Shown here: positions 27,831 through 38,757 of the stretch, in pieces
How the letters are laid out: each line of letters starts with the position of its first letter
Position numbering within the stretch: the first letter of the stretch is position 1
NCBI RefSeq assembly: GCF_028641065.1
Contig: NW_026576125.1
Coordinates: 62,001-126,000, forward strand
Source of the DNA: Leucoraja erinacea
Lineage: Eukaryota
DNA: 64,000 nt
Direction: 5' to 3'
Translations under genes and position numbers: made by a program
Notes under the pieces: model-generated
Seen by the model: only the letters and a program-made list of their open reading frames with translations
Told to the model about the DNA's origin: nothing
Database searches by the model: none

Positions 27831-30079
27831 ATGTCCCAGCTACACTAGTCCCACCTGCCTGTTTTTGGCCCACATCCTTCCAACCCTGTCCTATCCATGT
27901 ACCTGTCCAACTGTTTCTTAAATATTGGGATAGTCCCAGCCTCAACTACCTCCTCCGGTAGTTCATTCCATACACCCACCACCCTGTTTGGAAAAGTTAC
28001 CCCTCAGATTCCTATTCAATCTTTTCCCCTACACCTTGAACCTATGTCTTCTGGTCCTCGATTCCCTTACTCTGGGCAAAAGACTCTATGCATCTACCCA
28101 ATCTATTCCTCTCGTGATTTTGTACACCTCTATAAGGTCACCATTCAACCTCCTGCGCTCCAAGGATTAGAGTCCCAGCCTACATAACCTCTCCCTATAG
28201 CCGACCCTGATATCCTGGCAACAGCCTCATAAATCTTCTCTGTACCCTTTCCAGCTTGTTGACATCTTCCCAATAACATTGTGCCCAGAACTGAACACAA
28301 TACTCTAAATGTGGTCCCATCAATGACATATAATAGACAATAAACAATAGGTGTAGGAATAGGCCATTCGGCCCTTCGAGCCAGCACCGCCATTCAATGC
28401 GATCATGGTTGATCATCCACAATCAGTAGCCCGTTCTTGCCTCCTCCCCATATCCCCTGACTCCGCCATCTTTAAGAGCTCTCTCTTAAAAATATCCAGA
28501 GAACCTGCCTCCACCCCCCTCTGAGGCAGAGAATTCGAACATGACCTCTCAAGTTCTATACTCAATACACTGACTGATGAATCCAATGTGTCAAAAGTAT
28601 TTTTGACCACCCGAACTATCTGCGACTACACCTTCAAGGAACCATGCACCTGTAATCCTAGATCCCTCTGTTCTACAACATTCCCCGGAGGCCTACCATT
28701 GTCTGGTCATGCCCCAATGTCTTTTCCCCGAGGTGTGTTCCTCCAATACCCGGCCCCATGGGCTTTCCTGCAATGTTTGGCCCTCTGACCTATGCCATTT
28801 GGATCAGGTGCTGGAGTTGACTCTTCAGTATCAGTTGTATTCTTTTCGGAACCTGTTCATGTACTCCTCTCCTGATGCGTTTTAGCCCAGTATCTGGTGT
28901 ATTTGGTGCACTCATAGAGTCATAGATTAATATAGTGCGGAAACAGGCCCTTCAGCCCAACATGCCCACACCGGCCAACAATGTCCCAACTACCCTAGTC
29001 CCACTTGCCTGCACTTGGTCCATATCCCTCCAAACCTGCCCTACCCATGTACCTGTCCAACTGTTTCTTAAACGATGGACTACCTCCTCTGGCAGTTTGT
29101 TCCATACACCCACCAACCTCTGTGTGAAAAAGTTACCCCTGGATTCATTTTAAATCTTTTCCCCTTCACCTTGAACCCATGTCCACTGGTCCTCGATTCC
29201 CCTACTCTGGGTAAAAGACTCTGTGCACCCACCCGATCTATTCCTCTTATGATTTTGTACATCTCTATAAGATCACCCCTCATCCTCGTACGCTCCATAG
29301 AATAGAGACCCACCCTGCTCAACCTCTCCCTGTAGCTCACACCCTCGAGTCCTGGCAACATCCTAGCAACATCCTCGTAAAAGTCCTGGCAACATCCTCA
29401 GCTGAAGTCCCTAAAGTGATGAGTAAAATGATGATCAACTCCAAACATTTCATGTTTTTGTTATTTTATTTTATTTATGCATCTAATTTCAAATGAAAAC
29501 ATGCAGTTCAGCAGAAAAATTAAAAAAATAAGCTGCAGACAATGAGTTAAACAACATCTACTTTACAAAACCTGATTGAGCAAGTCCCCAAGCATCGCCC
29601 CCCCCCCCTCCCCTCCCCTCCACCACATTGCTTCCTGTTCCTTCTCCCCTCCCCCATGCCCCCTTCTTGCACCTAGGGCATCAGCGCATCCCTCCCCCTC
29701 CCACACTCCCCTCTTCTCCTTCACTCATCCCATCCCCATCCCCTTCTCCCCTTTCCCAAACATTAATCCTGCCTTCCTCTCCCACTGCTGCATGCTACCC
29801 AATCCAGTGTCTCATACTCTGACATTTTCCCACTGTCATGTCCTATCCTGGCCTTTCCCGCCCCCCCCCCCCCCCCACTCGCCTCACCCCCCTCAGTCCC
29901 AACCGGTTTCTTCCCCAGCATCCCCAGTGCATTTCCAAGTTTATCTCCTGTAATGAGCGTTTGCAGAGCAGTAGCCTCAGATTGTCGAGTGAGTGAGTGA
30001 AAGACAGGGAGACTCCATTTGTCAACGTCAGCAGCTGCATGGTGATCTCTTGAGTGAATGTGGCGTGTGTGTCGGCTGG

Positions 30080-30091
30080 TCATTGTTGCAC
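30080..30091 (-). CDS. IgW: IgW TM2 exon (cytoplasmic VQQ*)
   Basis: Acceptor ctttcctgtgtatattacag followed by GTG CAA CAA TGA; phase 0 matches the TM1 donor. AATAAA motifs lie near 29460-29475 (minus). Confidence 0.7.
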   Translation of the reverse strand: MQQ

Positions 30092-30704
30092 CTGTAATAT
30101 ACACAGGAAAGTTAGATATTGTGTGTGACAAGGTGCAGCACAGATGGTGATCTGCAGGGAAACATAGAAACATAGAAATTAGGTGCAGGAGTAGGCCATT
30201 TGGCCCTTCGATCCTGCACCGCCATTCAATATGATCATGGCTGATCATCCAACTCAGTATCCCATACCTGCCTTCTCTCCATACCCCCTAATCCCCTTAG
30301 CCACAAGGGCCACATCTAACTCCCTCTTAAATATAGCCAATGAACTGGCCTCAACTACCCTCTGTGGCAGAGAGTTCCAGAGATTCACCACTCTCTGTGT
30401 GAAAAAAAACAGGCAAACTAAAGGGACAGGCAAACTAAATAACAGACAGTCTGTCCTTAACCTCAGAGATGGACCCTCGTGGACAGGGGGTCTGCAACAT
30501 TTCTAGGACCCTCGAGGATTGGTGGTCTGTGCATGTGTGTAGGAGATGGACTCTCATGGACAGGTGGTCTTTCATTAGTGGCCCAGGCCAACTCTAAGGG
30601 ATACACAGTCTGAATGCCAGTTGTGGGCTGAAGAGAGGTCCCGTACTTGGGCTCAGTTTCCAGATACGGAATACCATGTTAGTTGTAGTTCAGTGATACA
30701 GCAT

Positions 30705-30990
30705 CAAACAAGCCCTTCAGCCCAGGGAGACTGCGCCGACCTGCGATCCCTCCACATTAACACTACCCTACACACACTAGGGACAATATTTTTACATTTA
30801 CATCAAGCCAATTAACCTACAAACCTGTACATCTTTGGAGTTTGGGAGGAAACCGAAGATGTCGGAGAAAACATACGCATGTCACGGGGAGAACGTACAA
30901 ACTCCGTACAGACTGCACCCGTAGTCAGGATGGAACCCAGATCTCTGGCACTGTAAGGCAGCAGCTCTATCGCTGTGCCACCGTGCTGCC
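30705..30990 (-). mobile_element. Elasmobranch tRNA-derived SINE (HE1/V-SINE-like)
   Basis: ggcagcacggtggcacagcg.tagagctgctgccttacag head. Related copies occur at ~1320-1600, 15720-15980, 20450-20660 and 53825-53985. Family assignment is from memory. Confidence 0.6.
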
Positions 30991-31145
30991 CAACATTTGA
31001 TATGAATACAACGTTTGTTTGATTTCCTTGTTTGAGCCCAGGGTCATTGCCCCAAATACCCAACGTTCTATGAATGTTTGCTGTATCAAGGCCCAGAGGA
31101 CAGGAGTAAAGTGGAAAGGTTCAAAGACCAGGGGGATATGAAGGG

Positions 31146-34100
31146 TCCCATAGAAACATAGAAACATAGAAAATAGGTGCAGGAGGAGGCCATTCGGCCC
31201 TTCGAGCCAGCACCTCCATTCATTGTGATCATGGTTGATCACCCCCAATTAATAACCCGTGCCTGCCTTCCCCCCATATCCCTTGATTCCACCAGCCCCT
31301 AGAGCCCTATCTAACTCTCTCTTAAATCCATCCAGTGATTTGGCCTCCTCTGTGGTAGGGACTTGCACAAATTCACAACTCACTGGGTGAAAGAGTTTAT
31401 TCTCACCTCAGTTAATGGCCTCCCCATTATGGCCTCCCCATTATTCTCAGACTGAGGCCCTTGGGTCTGGACTCGCCCAACATTGGGAACATTTTTTCCT
31501 GCATCTAGCTTGTCCAGTCCTTTTATAATTTTATATGTTTCTATAAGATCTCCCCCTCATCCTTCTAAACACCAGCGTCCTTCCTCAAATTAGGAGACCA
31601 AAGCAGTATACAATACTCCAGATGTGGTCTCACCAGAGCCCTATACAACTGCAGAAGAGCCTCTCTACTCCTATACTGAAATCCTATTGTTATGAAGGCC
31701 AACATTCCATTAGCATTCTTCACGGCCTGCTGTACCTGCCCGCCAATTTTCAGTGACTGGTGTACAAGGACACCCAGGTCTCGCTGTACCTCCCCCTTAC
31801 CTAACCTAACCCCATTGAGATAATAATCTGCCCCCTTGTTTTTGCCGCCAAAGTGGATAACCTCACATTTATCTATATTATACTGCATCTGCCACGCATC
31901 TGCCCACTCACTCAACCTGTCCAGGTTACCCTGCAACCTCCTAACATCCTCTTCACAGTTCACACTGCCACCCAGCTTTGTGTCATCCGCAAACTTGCTA
32001 GTGTTGCTCCTAATTCCCTCTTGCAAATCATTAATATATATGGTAAACAGTTGCGGCCCCAACACCGAGCCTTGCGGCACTCCACTCGCCACTTCCTGCC
32101 ATTCTGAAAAGGACCCGTTCTTTCCTACTCTTTGCTTCCGGTCTGCCAACCAATTTTCTATCCATGTCAACACCCTACCCCCAATACCATGTGCTCTAAT
32201 TTTAGTCACCAGTCTCCCGTGCGGGACCTTATCAAAGGCTTTCTGAAAGTCTAGGTACACTACCTCCACTGGCACCCCTTCATCCATTTTACTTGTCACA
32301 TCCTCAAAAAATTCCAGAAGATTAGTCAAACATGATTTTCCTTTCATAAATCCATGCTGACTTGGACTAATCCTTTTACTGCTATCTAAATGCCCCATTA
32401 TTAACTCTTTAATAATTGACTCCAGCATCTTTCCCACCACCGAAGTCAGGCTAACTGGTCTGTAATTCCCCGTTTTCTCTCTCGCTCCTTTCTTGAAAAG
32501 TGGGATAACATTAGCTATCCTCCAATCCACAGGAACTGATCCTGAATCTATTGAACATTGGAAAATGATCACCAATGCATCCACTATTTCTAGAACCACC
32601 TCCCTGGGATGCAGACCATCAGGCCCAGGGGATTTATCATCCTTTAGTCCCATTAGCCTACCCAATACTATTTCTCACCTAATGAAAATTTCTTTCATTT
32701 CCTCTACCCCCTTAGATCCTCTGTCTTCCATTACTTCTGGGAGATTGTATGTGTCTTCCTTAGTGAAGACAGATCCGAAGTACTTGTTCAACTCTTCTGC
32801 CATTTCCTTGTTTCCCATAATAATTTCACCCATGTCTGCCTTCATGGAACCCACATTTGTCTTTGCTACTCTTTTTCCCTTAACATATCAAATAAGCTTT
32901 TACTGTCCTTCTTTATATTCCTGGCCAGCTTCCCCTCGTACTTCATCTTTTCAGCCCGTATTGCCCGTTTTGTTTCCTTCTGTTGTCCTATGAAGGTTTC
33001 CCAATCCTCTGGCTTCTGGCTACTCTTTGCTGTGTTATACATCTTTTCTTTTAGTTTTATTCTATCCCTAACTTCTCTTGTCAGCCACGGTTGCCTCCTA
33101 CTCCCCTTAGAATCTTTCTTCCTTTTTGGAATGAAATGATCCTGCATCTTCCGGATTATGCCCAGAAATTCCTGCCATTGCTGTTCCACCGTCATTCCTG
33201 CTAGGATCCCTTTCCAGTCTGAAGAAGGGTTTCCACCCGAAACGTCGCCTATTTCCTTCGCTCCATAGATGCTGCTGCACCCGCTGAGTTTCTCCAGCAT
33301 TTTTGTGTACCTTCGATCTTCCAGCATCTGCAGTTCCTTCTTGAACCCTTTCCAGTCTACCTAATTCAATAATTAAGTTTGCTGATGACACTGTGGTGGT
33401 GGGCCTGATCTCAGACAACGATGAGAAGGCCTACCGGGAGGAGGTGGCTGATCTAGCACTCTGGTGCCAGGATAACAGCCTCCTCTTGAACATCAAAAAA
33501 ACAAACGAGCTGATCATGGACTTTAGGAGGGCACATCATCCGAGGACGTACACTCCATTGAGGATAAATGGGGATCCTGTGGATAGGGTGAACTGTTTTA
33601 AGTATCTGGGAGTCCACATCACTGAGGATATGACATGGGCATCACACGCCTCAGCACTCGTGAGTAAGGCAAGGCAGCGCCTTTACCACCTCAGGCAATT
33701 GAGGAAATTCAGAGTGTCTCCGAGGATCCTCCAGTGCTTCTACGCAGCGGCGGTGGAAAGCATCTTGTCCGGGAACATTACCATCTGGTTTGGGAATTGC
33801 TCTGCCAAGGACAAGAAGGCTCTGCAGAGAGTAGTGCGTTCGGCCGAACGCACTATGGGAACTTCACTCACCCCCCTGCAGGAACTATACAACAGGAGGT
33901 GCAACTCCAGAGCAAATAAAATCATGGGAGACCCCTTCCACCCCTGCAACGGACTGTTCCAGCTGCTACGGTCAGGCAAACGCCTCCGTTGCCATGCGGT
34001 GAGAACGGAGAGGTTGAGAAGGAGTTTCTTCCCAGAGGCAATTCGGACTGTAAATGCCTATCTCACCAGGGACTAACTCTACTGAACGTTTTTCCTTCCA

Positions 34101-35141
34101 TTATTTATTATGTAAAAGAATATGTGTGTTATGATTGTGTTTATAGTTTGTTTGGTTGTTTTGTTGTTTGTCTTTTGCACAAAAGTCCGCGAGCATTTGC
34201 CACTTTCATTTCACTGCACATCTCGTATGTGTATGTGACAAATAAACTTGACTTGACTTGACTTGACTTGGCCAGCTCCTCTCTGATGCCTTCATAGTCC
34301 CCTTTGTTCAACTACATCACTGACACTTCCGATTTAACCTTCACCTTCTCAAATTGCAGATTAAAACTAATCATATTATGTCACTACCTCCAAGCGGTTC
34401 CTTTACCTCTCGTTCTCTTATCAAATCTGGTTCATTAGACAACACTAAATCCAGAATTGCCTTTTCTCTGGTCGGCTTGATTAGAAGCTGCTCTAAGAAT
34501 ACATCTCGGAGGCATTCTACAAACTCTCTTTCTTGGGGTCCTGAACCAAGCTGATTTTCCCAGTCTACCTGCATATTGAAATCCCCCATCACCACAGTGG
34601 CATTACCTTTGTTACATGCCAGTTTTAACTCCTGCTGCAACTTACACACTACATCCGGGCTACTATTTGGGGGTCTGTAGATAACACCAATTAGGGTCTT
34701 CTTGCCTTTGTAATTCCTCAACTCAATCCACAGTGACTCTACCTCTTCAGTCCCTATGTCTTCCCTCACAAGGGACTGAATTCCCTCCCTCACCAGCAGA
34801 GCTACCCCCCCTCCTCTGCCCATCTCCCTGACGTTTCTATAGGCTGTATAACCCTGAATATTAAGTTCCCAGGCCTGATCCTCCTGCAGCCACGTCTCAG
34901 TAATCCCCACCATGTCATATCTACCAACCTCTAACTGAGCTTCAAACTCATCTACTTTACTTCTTATACTTCGCGCATTCATGTACAATACTTTTAATTC
35001 CTTACACATCTCACCTTTCACATCGATCCCTATTACTCTCCTATCCCTTTGTGAGCTTTCTTTCCCTTTAATTCTAGGGTCATTAACTATCCCTTTACTC
35101 CCTTTCCCTTTAACTCCGGCCCTGACTATCCCATTTGACAC
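31146..35141 (-). mobile_element. Long CR1-type LINE (endonuclease plus RT) with nested insertions
   Basis: APE domain 34371-35141 (YMNARSI, GITETWL, GGGVAL, IYRPPN, MGDFN) and RT ORF 31565-32665. Interrupted by a Penelope repeat and a Rex1 element. Confidence 0.93.
33361..34270 (+). mobile_element. Rex1/Babar-type LINE 3' portion nested in CR1
   Basis: Open 227-aa frame (KFADD...LNIKKT.ELIMDFRR...FKYLGVHI...FFPEAIR) and a (gactt)n tail; the CR1 resumes at ~34270. Confidence 0.92.
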
Positions 35142-35288
35142 CCCCCCCCCCCCTTATTGTCCCAGACTGCATCATCTGTTGGCCGTGGTGTGGTGAGGAT
35201 TGAAGAGTCAGAGAACACAGTGTAGTGAGGAATGGACGGTCACAGTGTGGGGGGGTCACAAAGTATCTTTGTCGTTGGTCATCGTTAC

Positions 35289-35428
35289 CTTGACAACAGT
35301 GACGAAGGTACTGTAGAGGAAACTGATAACGAACAAGATGGCGAAGGCAGCAACTGTGAGCATGTTGTCATCTCCATCCAAGTCCCCTGACTCCACCTTC
35401 CCTTCCTCACCTGTCAATTCTGTGCCGG
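35289..35428 (-). CDS. IgW: IgW transmembrane exon TM1
   Basis: (A)GTELTGEEGKVESGDLDGDDNMLTVAAFAILFVISFLYSTFVTVVK: an acidic spacer plus the antigen-receptor CART motif (F..LF..S..YST..T). Donor AAG|GTAACG. Confidence 0.93.
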
Positions 35429-37020
35429 CTTCAGGACAAATGAGAAGGTGAGACAGTTAGTTTGCCGCTGATGTTTTGTGAAGATCAACAACGTGTGAAT
35501 AAAATGAAGACAACAGGAGGACAGGAAGACAGGAGGCTTGGGTTAGTTCCACCGTTCAATGATATGTGGAGATCTATCACCAGCTCCACTGAGCTGACTT
35601 TCCCCCACATCCATTATCATCTCGTATAGTCAAACTCTGCAATCTCAGATATAAAATCACCTTCACACCTGAAACCAAATGCTAACTGTGGAAGGCAATT
35701 CCAAACTTCCATGAACCTCTGATAGACACAAAAAGCTGGAGTAACTCAGTTGCACAGGCAGTATCTCTGGAGAGAAGGAATGGGTGAGGTTTCGCATCGA
35801 GACCCTTCTTCAGACATCATGACCCACTTCATGTAGCATGGCTACCTCTAACTTTTAGACCCTGTACTTTGTATAGAGTTGGATTTCCATAAATCAGGGA
35901 GATCATTTGTAACCCAGGGAGCACTGTATACAACTAAAAAATAATTCCTCCTCATCTAGTTAGTTTAGTTTATTGTCACGTGTACCAAGGTACAGTGAAA
36001 TGCTTTTGTTGCATGCTAACCAGTCAGCGGAAAGGCAAAACATGATTACAAATGAGTCATTCACAGTGTATACATACATGATAAGGGATTAATGTTTAGT
36101 GCAAGGTAAAACCAGTAAAGTCCAATCAAAGATAGTCCGAGGGTCTCCAGTGAGGGAGATAATAGTTCAGGACCACTCTCTGGATGTGGTGGGATGATTC
36201 AGTTGCCTGATAACAGCTGGGAAGAAACTGTCCCTGAATGTGGAGGTGTGTAAATAGATCTTCACAGGATAATCTATTCTGTTAGCTCCCATTAACTTTG
36301 TGAAAACATCAAACAAAACTTCCTTTAGCCTTCTAAATGACAACTTGTTCAGCATCATGAAAGTAAGCATGCAGGTAGGTACAGCAGGCAGTTAAGAAAG
36401 TGAATGGCATGTTGGCATTCATAACAAGAGGAGTTGAGTATAGGAGCAAACATCCAGAAACAAAAAATACTACAAAAAGTTGTGACCATTGCCCAGTTCA
36501 TCGCTGGCTTTGACCTCCCTACCGTCGAAGAGATCTATCATAGTCACTGCCTCTAAAAGGCAGCCAGAATCATCAAGGACCCACACCATCCTGGCCACAC
36601 ACTCATCTCACCATTGCCATCAGGAAGAAGTTACAGGAGCCTGAAAACTGTAACGTCCAGGTACTGGAACAGCTTCTTCCCTACAGCCATCAAGCTATTA
36701 AACACAATGAATAAGCTCTGAGCCCTGAACTGCAAAAGACTCTATTATTGTTTGTTATTTGCACTATTTGTTATTTATTAAACTTTTTCTTTTTTTCTCG
36801 TTCCCCATTATGCACTATGTTTACATATTCACATATTCTGTTGTGCTGCAGCAAGTAAGAATTTCCTTGTCCCGTCTGGTACATATGACAATAAAACACT
36901 CTTGACTCTTCTTGACTCACTCACACACTGCAACACTTGTCCTTCAGTGCTAAACTTGCCTGGGCCTATTTTGTGACGGGGTAAAAGATGTGATGATTAG
37001 AGTGAATCCCAGCACAGTAC

Positions 37021-37338
37021 CTTGAAAGCTTTTCACTTCCCGGCTGATACTGGTGTTCGACGGGGGATGAGACACTGTACAGCCGAAGACTGAGCCTTTC
37101 TTCCAATCCTCTGAACTCACAGTCAGGAAGTGGCTGGCACTGAAAGTCCCCCCTTGCTCCAGAGCAGTCGGTGTAGCGCTGGTAGTGGAGGAGATTGGGG
37201 CTCCGTCTTTCTCCCAAGTGACGTTTATGAGGTCCGGGTAGAAACCAGAGAGCACACACTCGAGGGTGGCTGTGTGGCTTCGCTTGGTCTCTTGGTGAGC
37301 TGGAGGCAGCAGTCTGACCTTGGGTCTTTTTGTTTCAA
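37021..37338 (-). CDS. IgW: IgW C4'-type exon, downstream array unit 1 (nearest TM1)
   Basis: Open frame, acceptor ttccag, donor G|GTACTG, 318 nt; in phase with TM1. Confidence 0.85.
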
Positions 37339-37380
37339 CTGGAACAGAGGAGCAAAGTAGATGTGAGACCCTCTTCCTCA

Positions 37381-37708
37381 AGGGCCTGTTCCACTTACGT
37401 GACTTTTTCAGTGACTGCTGGCACCCGTCACAGGTCGCCGATGTTGAAAATGTTGAAAATCCAGCAACCACCAGCACAAGGTACGACTCTTTGGGCAACT
37501 ACTCATGACCATACAGGTTTCATCCCGCGACATATCGCCAGGGTGTCACTTGTATGGGCGTGAGTAGTCTCCTCAGTCGCCCAAAGAGTCGTAGCGTCTT
37601 TCTGGTCACCACTGGATTTTCAACATGTTGAACATTTTCGCTGACCTGCAACGACCTACGACGGGTGTCAGCCGTCACCGAAATAGTTGCGTAAGTGGGA
37701 AAGGCCCT
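37381..37708. mobile_element. PIF/Harbinger-like MITE in the C3'-C4' intron
   Basis: TIRs AGGGCCTGTCCCACTTACG / CGTAAGTGGGAAAGGCCCT and a palindromic interior. Copies at 43745-44091, 45730-46028 and 47745-48093; the same family occurs at 59487-59819 and 61315-61648. Confidence 0.8.
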
Positions 37709-37754
37709 TCATGGTAACTAATGTTGGCCGTATCATTGCCGATCTCTCGCCCAC

Positions 37755-38057
37755 CTTTGGCACCTTCTGTCCGTGCTGACACTGGTGAGGATGATGGAGA
37801 TCGTTGGGCAGAGCACACAACCTCCACCCCGCTGGTCCACTCCTCCACACTGCTCCGGAGTTTACTGCTCACTCTGTCTTGGGTACTTTCTCCTCTCGGT
37901 TGGCGGGTCACAGCCCCTGTAGTTCTCTCCCTTCCGCTCACTTGCCAGTAGACTTGGACCTGGCTCAGATCAGCGCCCATTACCACGCACACCACAGTAG
38001 CGGTCTTGTTGATCCAAATCTCTTCAGTGGAGGGGTTTTGGATAAAGACAGACAATT
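37755..38057 (-). CDS. IgW: IgW C3'-type exon, downstream array unit 1
   Basis: Open frame, canonical phase-1 splice sites, 303 nt. Confidence 0.85.
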
Positions 38058-38757
38058 CTGCAGATGAGAAATAGGAAGCTTACAAACCGGACAAGGTCTG
38101 GTGTTGTCGTCACCGATCAGGACTCTAACAACTTGCATTCATTTTCCAGACTCACTTTATTGACGTGTGCATAAGGAACAACCTCTCTCTCAATGTCTGT
38201 TAAACTAAAGAGCTGATCATGGACTACAGGAGACAGCAGGGGAGTGGACACCACCCCATCCATACGGTGATGTTGACATTGAAAGGGTCAGCAGCTTCAA
38301 GTTCCTCAGTGTGTACATCAGTGAGGACCTCTCCTGGACACTGCACACGGACACAATAACTAAGAAAGCCCGCCAGCGGCTCTTTCTCCTGACAATACTG
38401 AGGTAGTTTGGCATGAATGCCAGCATCCTCACAAACATCTATAGATGCACCATCGAGAGCCTGCTGACGGGTTGCATCACAGTCTGGTACGGGAACTGTT
38501 CTGCCCACAGCCGCAAATCACTACAGAGAGTGGAGAAGGCGGCACAGCACATCACTGGCAACTGTCTCCTGGCCATTCAGGACATTTTCCACTGTCGGTG
38601 CCTGTGGAAGGCACACAGCATCATCAAGGACCACGGCCACCCAGCACACAGACTGTTCTCCTTGTTACCGTCAGGCAGACGATACAGGGGCATGGCTGCA
38701 AGTACCACCAGACTTAAGAACTATTTTGACCATCAGGCTATCAGGCTAAATACTATA

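Noticed and set aside
35215-35260. CACAGTG heptamers (also at ~52730) suggesting recombination signal sequences
   Set aside because: No ACAAAAACC-like nonamer at 12 or 23 spacing; V, D and J lie outside the window.
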